Assembly: GCA_963805945.1 (NCBI GenBank)
Contig: CAWDVP010000001.1
Coordinates: 32,001-96,000 of the forward strand
Length of the DNA stretch: 64,000 nucleotides
Direction: 5' to 3'
Origin: Vulcanimicrobiota bacterium
GTDB lineage: Bacteria > Vulcanimicrobiota > Vulcanimicrobiia > Eremiobacterales > Eremiobacteraceae
Within the stretch, counting starts at the first letter, position 1, and each line of letters starts with the position of its first letter. The notes below the pieces were generated by a model. It saw nothing but the letters and a program-made list of their open reading frames with translations. It had not been told where the DNA came from and made no database searches. A program made the translations under genes and the position numbers. Below, one piece after another: positions 50,601-59,377 of this stretch.

Positions 50601-50876
50601 TACGCGCTCCAGCTCGGCATCTACCGAGAAGCGGCACGACGCGTGTACGACGTCGCGGATGCGGCATGCATCATCGGTAGATTCGCCGACGGCGGCTTTT
50701 CGCTCGAGACGGTCGACGTGCCGGACGTGGCGCTGGTGCGCGGGAGGATCGCCGCCGTCGCGACGGGCCTACGCGACCGCGATCTCACACCGCGCCCCGG
50801 CGACTGGTGCTACACCTGCCAGTATCGGGCGGCGCCCTGCGACGCTTATCCGGCGGCGAAGGATCGCGGCAGCTAG
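47646..50876 (+). CDS. UvrD-type helicase fused to a PD-(D/E)XK nuclease (AdnB/AddA-like)
   Basis: AGAGTGKT, DEFQD, VGDPRQSIYGFRGA, EERRLFYVALTRA; CPRS...GYIDL..DYKTG..QLGIY...CYTCQYRAAPC; ATGA overlap with the upstream gene. Confidence 0.92.
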   Translation: MNDGPMMEFPELRSGTTALESTSELTTEQQAAAEHVLNRPAIVDAGAGTGKTHTIINRVAYLARSGICAADKILLLTFARKAAAELRRRVLERLGPDVEPPHCSTFHAFAANVLADHAYELQVSPDATVIEDIDARLEFRSAFDEVIHSDHEDADALPLRPAQRDQLRDGLFAIAQRLKEQAIKVDDFERRALAAADAIERIPFREIRPEGKTKKPRNPVAQTTDARLRVEAEDARARARAAAKIFRRYEERLHRRHALTYADLLLLARDGIERNPSLASRLRGRYRHCIVDEFQDTDEAQWRFLATLFGAELENVTAVGDPRQSIYGFRGATPGNVTKFAGLPNAVRYALSENRRSRQEILDFAHAVIGEVSEDDAPLRAQRGAAGAQIVHVSSAWTFEDGAKRNADANRVAQADAVARLIRARLARGGIAPRDVAILSRNKTQLQPFTAALNAAGIPYRLLGGAGFYETSEIRDALAWLRLLADPLDGQAAARVCASAACGLTDAATAELAAGLPRDETGFARRLFVEPIPETLDADSRARIERVRSTIDALEPYAAAPLSASMPVVIGVTGLAHERAGGEQASANLRKLLRLATDFVTRNREAQAIDFVHYVDELARIEFDDREADAPADDAVTIMTAHAAKGLEWPVVFIIDVWPTNFPTSLVTLDEATGALLCREGRDDTPLFHIEVARRHPDARGMIPHEDDKESGPSDEERRLFYVALTRAKDELYILGGRSYRGKNPSGRTHVFVEEAERWLATQGWEVDEPIDDATPAIPRSADLALETPQTPTPSADARSSELDRSIADPRQTQVGALQLSFSSLHAFERCPRSLTYAMVMRLPDLRVGRKADSDETGDGEARRDASAPGALMADDYGRIVHRALERWSGARMHGDGVQTPETYVAQAISDLRLRLKAAEVKRASADVQAAMTALAAWRVEHAEAPFSMQYDDVVVKGYIDLIARDPHGSAVVLDYKTGTTAAREYALQLGIYREAARRVYDVADAACIIGRFADGGFSLETVDVPDVALVRGRIAAVATGLRDRDLTPRPGDWCYTCQYRAAPCDAYPAAKDRGS
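47673..47695 (-). repeat. REP family C copy in the helicase N-terminus
   Basis: Reverse complement GTAG-TG-CCCGATC-GAA-GCTCGGG; encodes PELRSGTT. Confidence 0.8.
50041..50065 (-). repeat. REP family A copy in the helicase-nuclease linker
   Basis: GGTCGAGT-GA-ACTCGACC-GCTCCAT; encodes RSSELDRSI. Confidence 0.9.
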
Positions 50877-51676
50877 TTCTGGCTCGCTCCGATGCCCCAC
50901 TTGCGCTGCCACGTGGCGAGCATGTCCGACTTGTCCATCTCGGTGATCTGGTCGGACACCCACTTGGCCAAAGCGCCGTCGCCTTTCTTCGTGGCGACGC
51001 CGTACGGCTCGACGCTGTAGCGCTCCGGCAAGATGACGGTCCGTTGGTCTTGCTGGGCGTAATATCGTAGGATCGAGCTGTCCGTCGACATCGCCTGGAC
51101 CTTGCCGCCTTGCAAGGCGTTCAACACCAACGCGTAGGTGTCGAACGCGGCGAACGTGAGGAGCGTGTCCGTGCCGGCTTTCGCCATGAGGGCGCTCGCG
51201 GTGTCGGTGTCCTTGGCGATGCCTATCGGCTTGCCGCTCAGGTCGGCCAGCCCCTTGATGTTGGATCGTTTCTGGACCAGCAGCGCGATGCCATCGGTGA
51301 AATAGGGTGGGCTGAAATCGAAGACGATCTTGCGTTCGGGCGTCACGCTGAAGGTCGCGATCAACATGTCCACCTCGCCCGCGTCGAGCAAGGTGCCGCG
51401 CGTCTGCGGCGTCACCGCCATGAAGCTGACCTTCCCGGCGTCACCGAGCAGCCGTTTGGCGAGCTCGTGTGCGATGTCGATCTCGTAGCCTTCGTACTGC
51501 TCCGTCTTCGGATTCAGATATGAGAACCCCAACACATCAGCCTTGACGCCGACGTTGAGCGTCCCCCGCGTGCGGATGACGGATAGCGAATCGGCGCTCG
51601 CCGGTCGCGCGAACATCAGTCCGATCGCGAACGCGAGCGTGATGAGCGCGTAAGCGCTTGCGCGGAATTGCCTCAT
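50873..51676 (-). CDS. Polar amino acid (Glu/Asp-type) ABC substrate-binding protein
   Basis: GGAGG RBS; GTLNVGVKAD, GYEIDIA, ATFSVTPERK, EPYGVA. Confidence 0.9.
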   Translation of the reverse strand: MRQFRASAYALITLAFAIGLMFARPASADSLSVIRTRGTLNVGVKADVLGFSYLNPKTEQYEGYEIDIAHELAKRLLGDAGKVSFMAVTPQTRGTLLDAGEVDMLIATFSVTPERKIVFDFSPPYFTDGIALLVQKRSNIKGLADLSGKPIGIAKDTDTASALMAKAGTDTLLTFAAFDTYALVLNALQGGKVQAMSTDSSILRYYAQQDQRTVILPERYSVEPYGVATKKGDGALAKWVSDQITEMDKSDMLATWQRKWGIGASQN

Positions 51677-51814
51677 GTGTCCCTCCCGGCGTCTCTCATA
51701 GGTGCGCACGGCTGTTCTTCGAAGTCACCATTCCGCGCCTGCGGGGCCTCACGACAGGATTCCTTTCGCACGTCGGAAACCCATCGGCGAGCCTCCCTCC
51801 ATGTGAATCGAGCA

Positions 51815-54043
51815 ATGCCGCAAGAACAGCCGTCGGGTACCAACAAGCTGCTGGCCAGCGTCGTGCCGGGGCTGGCGCTCGCCGCGGTCTTCTTCCATCT
51901 CGGCTATGCTGCGGCGAGCGCGCAACCCGCGCTGCACACCGCCCTGCTGCCGCTCGGGCTCGGTTCCTATCTGCTCGGGTTCCTCGCGCTCATCGGGTCG
52001 CTGTCGGCGCGGAGCATCTGGGCGGCGCGCATCCTCCCGGGCCTGTGCGTCGTCGCGTTCATCATCTCGATCGCGATCAATCACCTGGTCAATCCCGCCG
52101 TCGTAAACCCGTCGTATGAGAAATACCAGAGCGATTCGCTCGCCTTCAGCGCCTATTCCGCCCAACTCGTGCTCGAGGGAAGAGACCCGTACACCGAGAG
52201 CATGGCACCGGCGTTCGAACGCTTCCACCTGTCGCCGACGGTCTACACGCCGACGATCGAGGGCGGCACGATCCTCAGCGAACCCTACCCGGCGCTCAGC
52301 TTCTTGATCTACGTCCCTTTCATGGCGATGCACGTGCCGAGCATGATCTGGGTGGATATCGGGTTCCAGATCATCAGCATGCTGCTCATCCTCGTGCTCG
52401 TCCCTGCCCAGACGCGCATCTACTTCGGCCTCTTCTTCTTGCTCATCCCTGAATATCTGAGCTTCGCGGTGAGCTCGGCGACCGACGTGCTGTGGCTGCC
52501 GTTCATGATCGGCGTCGCCGCGACGTGGGACCGGCGCCCGCAGCTGTGCGCCATCCTGCTGGGCCTGGCGTGCGCGATGAAACAGGAGCCGTGGTTCATC
52601 GTGCCGTTCGCGCTCATCTACTGGTGGAAGACGAGCGCTCCGGACGCGGCGCTGGGCACGACGCTGCGACGGCTCGGCTATCTGAGCGCGGCGTTCCTCG
52701 TGCCGAACCTGCCGTTTTTGCTCTGGCATCCGTCGGCGTGGCTCGAGGGCGTCCTTAGCCCGTTGCTGTCTCACGCCGTGCCGCTGGGCAGCGGGCTCAT
52801 CCAGCTCCAGACGAGCGGGCTCATCACGCTGCCGCTGGGCGTCTACACCGCGCTCTGGGTCGCCGCATTCGTCATCTGCGTCGCGGCGTACGCGCGCTGG
52901 ACCGATACGCTGCGCTGGCTGCCCTTCGCGGCGCCGGCGATCGTGTTGTTCTTCAGTCCGCGCTCGCTGCAGAACTACTTCATCTACTGGCCGCTGGTGC
53001 TCGGCGTCTATGCCGCCGTCGCAGCAAGCGAGGCGCCGCCGAAGCTGTACGCGATCCCGTCACCGAGATTGGCCGGCCGCGTCGCGGTGCTGGCGCTCGC
53101 GGGCCTCGCCTCGCTCGTCTTGCTCATCGGCGCCACCGCGGCGGCGGGTGAGCGCATCTCACTCGACGTCAAGCATGTCGGCGTCGACGCCGATACCGGC
53201 CTCGTGAACAGCGTCGTGGTCGACGTCGAAAATCCGACGTCGAACGCCGAGACGCTGCATTTCGCGATCGCCAGTCCGCTCAACTCGCTCGTGTTCTGGC
53301 AGCCCGACCGCTACGAGGTGCCCGCGCACGGATCTGCGACGCTGCGGCTCACGCCGGGCGATCTCGCCGGCGAGGTGCCGCACTCGAAAGACATGGGCTT
53401 CCAAGTGGTCGCCTACGCGCCCCAGGACCGCGTCGCGTCGTATTCGCGCTCGCTGTCGTGGGAAGCGCCGGAGATGCGAGGCGTGCGCAATGGCCGTCTC
53501 GTCTCTGCGGTGAGCAAGTTCCAGACGCTGCCCACACGCGCGCCGTTGGCGTGGAGCGCTGAACCGCAGCCGTTCCTCGACGGGCGCCTGCGCGTCGTGA
53601 GCGAGGGGCCGTTCGGCAACGCGCTCCGCTTCCGCGTTGCGGCGCCGACAGCTTCGGAGTGGGCGATCGTGCAGTGCAGCCAGCCCTTTGTGATGACCGG
53701 TTCGCGCTTCACCTTCTGGCTCAGGCCGCGCCAAGGCGACGCGGGAGCGGCGAGCCCGCCGCAGACCTTCGGCGTCTCGTTCCGCGATGCGCGCGGCCGC
53801 AGAAGCTATTTCGTGGTCGATCCGCGGGTGCGCAGCGTCGCGCGGGTCGCGCGCGGCCGCGACGAGGTCTATCTGCTGCCGGGCCGCGTCGGCTCGTGGA
53901 ACCGCTACACGATCGATCTCGCGCGGCTGCCGGTATTCGCCGAGACGCGCGACAGCCCGCTCTCCGTCACCATCATCGCCGCGGCGCGGCGCGGGGCGCG
54001 CGGCTTTGCGGGCGGCGATTTCGGCGGCATCCTCGAGAACTAG
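51815..54043 (+). CDS. GT-C fold (GT87-like) membrane glycosyltransferase with a soluble C-terminal region
   Basis: About 12 TM segments; SD..A..GRDPY, YPALSFL, GLACAMKQ, FLVPNLPFL. Confidence 0.7.
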   Translation: MPQEQPSGTNKLLASVVPGLALAAVFFHLGYAAASAQPALHTALLPLGLGSYLLGFLALIGSLSARSIWAARILPGLCVVAFIISIAINHLVNPAVVNPSYEKYQSDSLAFSAYSAQLVLEGRDPYTESMAPAFERFHLSPTVYTPTIEGGTILSEPYPALSFLIYVPFMAMHVPSMIWVDIGFQIISMLLILVLVPAQTRIYFGLFFLLIPEYLSFAVSSATDVLWLPFMIGVAATWDRRPQLCAILLGLACAMKQEPWFIVPFALIYWWKTSAPDAALGTTLRRLGYLSAAFLVPNLPFLLWHPSAWLEGVLSPLLSHAVPLGSGLIQLQTSGLITLPLGVYTALWVAAFVICVAAYARWTDTLRWLPFAAPAIVLFFSPRSLQNYFIYWPLVLGVYAAVAASEAPPKLYAIPSPRLAGRVAVLALAGLASLVLLIGATAAAGERISLDVKHVGVDADTGLVNSVVVDVENPTSNAETLHFAIASPLNSLVFWQPDRYEVPAHGSATLRLTPGDLAGEVPHSKDMGFQVVAYAPQDRVASYSRSLSWEAPEMRGVRNGRLVSAVSKFQTLPTRAPLAWSAEPQPFLDGRLRVVSEGPFGNALRFRVAAPTASEWAIVQCSQPFVMTGSRFTFWLRPRQGDAGAASPPQTFGVSFRDARGRRSYFVVDPRVRSVARVARGRDEVYLLPGRVGSWNRYTIDLARLPVFAETRDSPLSVTIIAAARRGARGFAGGDFGGILEN

Positions 54044-55053
54044 GCGTTGGCGAGGCGGACGCCGGCGCCGAGCGATTGCAGCTTCGCGTAGGCGATCTCC
54101 CGGCGCATCGGCGCCATGCCGCAGTTGGTCGACGCGATGATCCGCTCGTCCGGCAGATGGCTCCGCGCCACCTCGATCACCGCACGTACGTCGTCGGCCG
54201 ATTCGACGACATCGCTCGCGACGTCGACCACGCCCACCGCGACGTCCTTGCCGCCGGCGAGCGCGAGCACCTCAGGCGGCACGCGCGAACCCGCCAACTC
54301 GATCGAGATCTCGTCGATCGCGCTGGCCGCGAGCAGCGGCATCAGCCGGCCGTACTGGTCCCACGTCGCGCCGAGCGAGCGCTTCCAGTCGACGTTCGCC
54401 TGGATGCCGTAGCCGTAGCACACATGCACCGCGGTGCGGCAGCGCGCGCCCTGCACGCACGCGTCAAGCGCCTCGATGCCCCATTGCGCCGCTTCCTCGA
54501 GATACGCGTTGAAGGCGGGTTCGTCGAGCTGCACGACGTCGACGCCGACCGAGACGAGGCTGGCGATCTCTTCTCGTTGATGAGCCCGGCGAATGCCATC
54601 GCGAGCGACTTGCGATCGCCGTAGTGCGCGTCGTGCACCGTATCCACGATGGTCATCGGACCGGGCAACGTGACCTTCAAGGCGCGCCGCGTGTGGCTGC
54701 GCGCGAAGGCGGCTTCGTCGAGGTGCACCGAGCCATGACGGCGGACTACGCCGGCGATGGTGGGCACGTCGGCCTGATAGCGATCGGCGCGGATCCCGCG
54801 CCGCACCATCTTGGTGAAGTCGACGCCCTCGATATGCTTCGAGAAAGCCGTGGACGAAATGCCTGCGCGATTGCTCGCCGTCGGTGACACAATCGATGCC
54901 GGCGCGTTCCTGCTCGAAGAGCGCCAGCCGCACGGCGTCGCGCTTCGCGTCGGCGAGTTCGGCGCCGTCGAGCCGCCACGCCGGCCAGAGCGTCTCGCTC
55001 TGCGCAAGCCAATGCGGTTTGGGAAGACTGCCGGCGATGGTGGAGCGTATCAC
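54040..55053 (-). CDS. Core (single-barrel) cobalamin-independent methionine synthase, MesD-like; frameshifts near 54840 and 54575
   Basis: AGSLPKP.WL, TDGEQ.R.HFV, LPGPMT, QLDEPAF, HVCYGYG, TNCGMAP (Zn ligands H-x-C...C). Confidence 0.85.
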   Translation of the reverse strand: MIRSTIAGSLPKPHWLAQSETLWPAWRLDGAELADAKRDAVRLALFEQERAGIDCVTDGEQSRRHFVHGFLEAYRGRRLHQDGAARDPRRSLSGRRAHHRRRSPPSWLGAPRRSRLRAQPHAARLEGHVARSDDHRGYGARRALRRSQVARDGIRRAHQREEIASLVSVGVDVVQLDEPAFNAYLEEAAQWGIEALDACVQGARCRTAVHVCYGYGIQANVDWKRSLGATWDQYGRLMPLLAASAIDEISIELAGSRVPPEVLALAGGKDVAVGVVDVASDVVESADDVRAVIEVARSHLPDERIIASTNCGMAPMRREIAYAKLQSLGAGVRLANA

Positions 55054-55063
55054 CGCGGCGCTG

Positions 55064-55519
55064 CTAGCGGCGTGCCTTGCCTGCGGTCGCCGGATTGCTC
55101 TCCAGCCGCGCCACGTCTTCGTCGTCCGCCGGCTGCGGCCGATCGCGCTGCGCGTCGACGATGCACAGGAAGCCGAACGGCGCATCGCTGTCGTTCACGA
55201 ATTGGTGGAGCGTCATCGGCGAGACGTAGACGTGGTCGAGATTCCGCAGCGCGTGCACGGTGTCGCCGACGATCGCGTAACCCTGGCCGCGGATCACCGT
55301 CACCGAGTGGACGTGCTCGTGCCGTTCCAACCGCGTGTAGCCGTGCGGCTCGACTTCGAAGTAGCGGACCTGGAAGAGCGCCGGCTCGCCGTCGCCGCCC
55401 GAGATGATGTGGCGCGTCACGCCGCGATAGCCGCCGCCCTCGGATTCGCCCTGCGCCTTGTAGCCCGCGGCCTCGACGCCTTCCCACGCGAAGTCAGCCG
55501 CGCGAAATGAATGCTTCAT
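55064..55519 (-). CDS. Cupin, similar to the R. rubrum methylthioxylulose-5-P methylsulfurylase-type cupin
   Basis: WEGV...YK, VTR, VRYFEV.P.G.T.LERHEHVH, HQF, FGFLCIVDAQRDRPQ. Confidence 0.8.
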   Translation of the reverse strand: MKHSFRAADFAWEGVEAAGYKAQGESEGGGYRGVTRHIISGGDGEPALFQVRYFEVEPHGYTRLERHEHVHSVTVIRGQGYAIVGDTVHALRNLDHVYVSPMTLHQFVNDSDAPFGFLCIVDAQRDRPQPADDEDVARLESNPATAGKARR

Positions 55520-56574
55520 GATCTCCCCGGATAGACGATGACCTTGAGCGCGTCGCCGGCGTCGGCGACCAAGCGATACGCCTCCGCGATCGAGTCGAGG
55601 CCGAAGCGGTGCGTGACCAGGCCCGCGAGCGGCAGGCCGTCGGCGAGCAGGGTGAGCGCCTCGCGCGTGTCGTTCGGACCCGCGGAATAGCTCGTGACGA
55701 CGCTGACGTCTTTGAAGTAGAAATCGTGGACCGGCAGCGGCCAGTATTCGGTGGCCTGCGTCGGCGTGAAGAGCACGATCGTGCCGCCGGGCGCGACGCA
55801 TTGCGCCGCCGCGCGCATCGCCTCTACCGAACCCGGACCCACGATGACGACGTCCGCGCCCTCGCCGTCGGTCGCGGCGAGCACCTGCTCGTGGAGCGGC
55901 GCGGCATCGACGTCGAACGCGAGATGCGCGCCGTGCTCGCGCGACCGTTCGAGGCGGCCGCGCACGCGGTCCGCGCTCATGATCAGTTCGGCGCCGCGGA
56001 AGCGCGCGAGCGCCACATGGAGCATGCCCATGATGCCGAGGCCGATGACGAGCACGCGATCGCCCGCACGCAGGTGAGCACGGCGCGCCGATTTCACCAC
56101 GGTCGCGAGCGGCTCGACGAGCGTCGCCCGATCGTCGTCGAGCGAGTCGGGGATGCGCAGCACGTCGGCGCGCACGTTCTCAGCGGAGACGATGGCGTAT
56201 TGCGCCATGCCGCCCGGCCGCAGCCTGGTCTTGCGCCACGTCTCGCACTGCACGTAGTCCTTGCGCTTGCAGCGCCGGCAGGTCATGCACGGCGCATGGT
56301 GATGGACGAAGACACGCTCGCCGGGCGCGAAAGGCTGGCCGCCGGTCGGCGCGGCGCCCTCGCCGCACGCCTCGACGATAGCGACGGGCTCGTGGCCGAG
56401 CACGAACGGCGCCTTGCGGTCGTTGTACCAGCCCATGACCTCGCCCGGGCAGATGCCGCACGCGGTGATGCGCACGAGCAACTCGCCGGGTTGCAGCGCG
56501 GGCAGCTCGACGTCGCGCACGGCGATGCCGCCTCCGCGTTCGTAGACTGCGGCCCGAGTCGTCGTTGGTTGCAT
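55516..56574 (-). CDS. Zn-dependent (MDR) dehydrogenase, sorbitol dehydrogenase-like
   Basis: CGICPGE, LGHE, CMTCRRC..C, VEPL, GLGIMG. Confidence 0.9.
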   Translation of the reverse strand: MQPTTTRAAVYERGGGIAVRDVELPALQPGELLVRITACGICPGEVMGWYNDRKAPFVLGHEPVAIVEACGEGAAPTGGQPFAPGERVFVHHHAPCMTCRRCKRKDYVQCETWRKTRLRPGGMAQYAIVSAENVRADVLRIPDSLDDDRATLVEPLATVVKSARRAHLRAGDRVLVIGLGIMGMLHVALARFRGAELIMSADRVRGRLERSREHGAHLAFDVDAAPLHEQVLAATDGEGADVVIVGPGSVEAMRAAAQCVAPGGTIVLFTPTQATEYWPLPVHDFYFKDVSVVTSYSAGPNDTREALTLLADGLPLAGLVTHRFGLDSIAEAYRLVADAGDALKVIVYPGRS

Positions 56575-56639
56575 TGGAAGTCCCGAGGTTCGCGCTCGAC
56601 GTTCGCTATCCCACCTTGGCTATGAGACTTTTGCAGCCC

Positions 56640-58028
56640 TCACCCGTTCAGGACCTCCAACGGTGCGGTATAGAAATCGCTCTTGTAGGCACGGCGGTAT
56701 ATGACGAGCGGGATGATGCCGAGGACGAGCAAGCCCACCGTGACCGCATCGGCGCGCCATCCGGCGGTGATGAGCTGCGCCACCACCACGATCCAGAGAA
56801 AGACGGCGGCGCCGACCGGCCATATCCCCTTGAGCACGAGCGCCCGGCGATCGGTGGCGAAAGAGCGCCGATAGTAGCGTGCGCACGCGATCGCCGACAG
56901 CCCGTAATAGAACGCGATGTAGATGCCGATGGCGTTGACGGATTCGTTGAGGACCTGTGAGATGCTCGCGCTTGCGGCTGCGGCCGCGAACAGCGCCAGC
57001 GAGATCACTCCCATCACGATGCTGCCGAACCACGGCGTCTGATAGCGCGGATTGAGCTCGGCGAAGCGCTCGCTGATCACGCGGTCGCGGCTCATCGACA
57101 TCAGCGTGCGGCTCACCACGAGCAGCGACGCCTCGAGCGTGCCGATCGTGCTCACGATGACGACGATCACGGCGATATCGCCCCAGGGTCTCGGCAAGAT
57201 CGCATTCGCGAAGACGTCGAGCAGGTTGGAGCCAGCATCTTGGATGGCGTGCACCGGCAGGACCATCTGGACGCTCACTTGCACGCCGATGAACAGCGCC
57301 AGCAGGATGAACATGCCCTGCAGGCCTGCGATGCCCGGCGCCCGGCTATGGTCGACGGTCTCTTCGGCCAGATTGGCGGTGACATCCCAGCCCCAGAAGT
57401 AGAACAATGCGACGAGCGCGCCCGCCATGACGGCGGCGAAGCCGCCCGCGGGATATGGCGAGAACCACGCAAGGGTGAAGGCGTTCGCGTGCCCTGCGGT
57501 GGCGGAGTGGACGATGCCGATGACAGCCAGCGCCGCGAGGCCGGCGATCTCGATGCCGGTCACGATCCGCTGGAAGTATGCGGTCGTGCGGATGCCGACT
57601 AGCACGACGACGTTGACGAGCACGAACCACACCGCGCCGACAGCGGTCACGGCCGCGATGTCGTTCGACAGGCGCGGCGCGAAGAGATCGAGCGTCGCCG
57701 ACGCCGCTGGCAGCGAGCCGGCGACCATGAAGATCGTATTGGCGACGAGGATCGACCAGCCGGCCAGAAATCCGAGATCTGGACTGAGCGCGCGGCCCAC
57801 CCACGCGTAGCCCGCACCGGCATCGGTTCGCCACGCGTTGAGATAGAAGTAGGCGATGGCGAGTCCGAACATCGCGACCGCGCCGAGCAGCAGCGCTCCC
57901 GGGCCGTACAGCCCGACGGCTGCGATGAGCGCGCCGGTGCTCACGGCGACGGAATTCGCCGGCGCTGTGCCGGCCACGGCGATCAAGACCGAGTCCAGCC
58001 GCGAGAGCGCGTTACGACGGAGCTCCAT
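56640..58028 (-). CDS. APC family amino acid/polyamine permease
   Basis: AGTAPA, FYFWGWD...LAEET, SRTL..MSRD, YQTPW; 12 TM. Confidence 0.9.
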   Translation of the reverse strand: MELRRNALSRLDSVLIAVAGTAPANSVAVSTGALIAAVGLYGPGALLLGAVAMFGLAIAYFYLNAWRTDAGAGYAWVGRALSPDLGFLAGWSILVANTIFMVAGSLPAASATLDLFAPRLSNDIAAVTAVGAVWFVLVNVVVLVGIRTTAYFQRIVTGIEIAGLAALAVIGIVHSATAGHANAFTLAWFSPYPAGGFAAVMAGALVALFYFWGWDVTANLAEETVDHSRAPGIAGLQGMFILLALFIGVQVSVQMVLPVHAIQDAGSNLLDVFANAILPRPWGDIAVIVVIVSTIGTLEASLLVVSRTLMSMSRDRVISERFAELNPRYQTPWFGSIVMGVISLALFAAAAASASISQVLNESVNAIGIYIAFYYGLSAIACARYYRRSFATDRRALVLKGIWPVGAAVFLWIVVVAQLITAGWRADAVTVGLLVLGIIPLVIYRRAYKSDFYTAPLEVLNG

Positions 58029-58029
58029 G

Positions 58030-59340
58030 CTAGCTCATCGCATCCAAGAAGCGGTACCATGCGCCGGCTGCGGGCACGAGCCACGAAGAGCTCATGCGCA
58101 GCCCCGCGGGCGACACCGGAAGCGGACGCATCAGCGGATCTGCAGCTGCGCCTGCACGACCGGCGCCGTCACCGCCCGAGATCGATGCGGCAAGCCGCGC
58201 GCCCAGGTGGGTCGCCAGCGCAACCCCGTGGCCTGCGTACCCGACGGCATAGTGGATCCCGTCAAGCACGCCGGCGTGCGGCAGCATGTCCAAAGTGAAA
58301 TCGATCGTGCCGCCCCATGCGTATTCCACCGCGGCGTCGCGCAGTTGCGGGAACACGGCGACCATGTCTTTGCGCAAGATGTCGACGCTTTCCGACAACG
58401 CGCGTTCGGATTCGGGGACGAACGACGCGCGCCCGCCGAAGAGCACGCGATCGTCAGGCGTAAGCCGGAAATAGTGGAGGAAGCGCTTGGAGTCGTACAT
58501 CATCCTGTTCCGCGGCGAGAGCTCGCGCGCGCGCGTCGTACCCAGCGGCTCCGTTGCGATGACATACGAGCCGATAGGCACGATGCGCCGCGTCAGCCAC
58601 GGCGATTCGGCGCCGGTGTAGGCGCCGGTCGCGACGATGACCTCGTTAGCCGCGAGGTCGCCGCGTCCGGTCGCCACGGTGAATCCGGCGGCGCCCGTGT
58701 TGCGCCGGGCGATGCGCGTCACTGGCGTGTTCTCGAGGACTGCGGCGCCCGAGCGACGGGCCGCTTGCGCTAGACCGTACACGAGTTTCGCTGGGTTGAC
58801 GCTTGCGCTTGCGTCGTCGACCATGCCGCCGTGATAGGCGCTCGATCCGACCTCATCATGCAGGTCCGCAGGTGGCACGAGCCGGACGTGCCGTCCGAAT
58901 GCCTGCGCCAGGAGCGCCGCTTCTCGCTCGAACTGCGCGAAGTGAGACCGCTTTGACGCGAGCGCGAGATGGCCGCAGCGGGCGAAATCGCACGCGATCC
59001 GTTCCTCGCCCACGAGCCGCTCGACGAAGTCGATCGCTTCGATCGACGACGCGTCAAGGCGACGCGCGGCGTCGAGCCCGTAGCGCGCGATGAGCTCGTG
59101 CGGTGAGAGCTTGAGCCCGCTCAACACCATGCCGCCGTTGCGCGAGCTCGCTCCCCAACCGACTTCGTGCGTCTCCAGCACGGTCACGCGAGCGCCGAGC
59201 TTGGTAAGCGTCAGCGCGGCGGAGAGCCCGGTCAGGCCGGCGCCCACGATCGCGACGTCCGCCGCCGCCGGCAGGTCGACGGGGCCGCGCGTGTCTCGCC
59301 CGGCCTCGACCGTCTCTCGCCAGTAGGCGAGCCGCTTCAA
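58030..59340 (-). CDS. FAD-dependent oxidoreductase, PuuB/OrdL-like
   Basis: IVGAGLTGLS, GASSRNGG, YFRLTPD.RVLFGG, YAWGG, GYAGHGV. Confidence 0.88.
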   Translation of the reverse strand: MKRLAYWRETVEAGRDTRGPVDLPAAADVAIVGAGLTGLSAALTLTKLGARVTVLETHEVGWGASSRNGGMVLSGLKLSPHELIARYGLDAARRLDASSIEAIDFVERLVGEERIACDFARCGHLALASKRSHFAQFEREAALLAQAFGRHVRLVPPADLHDEVGSSAYHGGMVDDASASVNPAKLVYGLAQAARRSGAAVLENTPVTRIARRNTGAAGFTVATGRGDLAANEVIVATGAYTGAESPWLTRRIVPIGSYVIATEPLGTTRARELSPRNRMMYDSKRFLHYFRLTPDDRVLFGGRASFVPESERALSESVDILRKDMVAVFPQLRDAAVEYAWGGTIDFTLDMLPHAGVLDGIHYAVGYAGHGVALATHLGARLAASISGGDGAGRAGAAADPLMRPLPVSPAGLRMSSSWLVPAAGAWYRFLDAMS

Positions 59341-59377
59341 GCCCGGAGCCGCAGCAGCGTGGCGATCACGTGCGGGG

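Noticed and set aside
44599..50876. Tandem helicase-nucleases as an anti-phage defence or Cas4-type system
   Set aside because: Size, motifs and tandem layout match housekeeping AdnAB/AddAB resection enzymes, and there is no defence-island context
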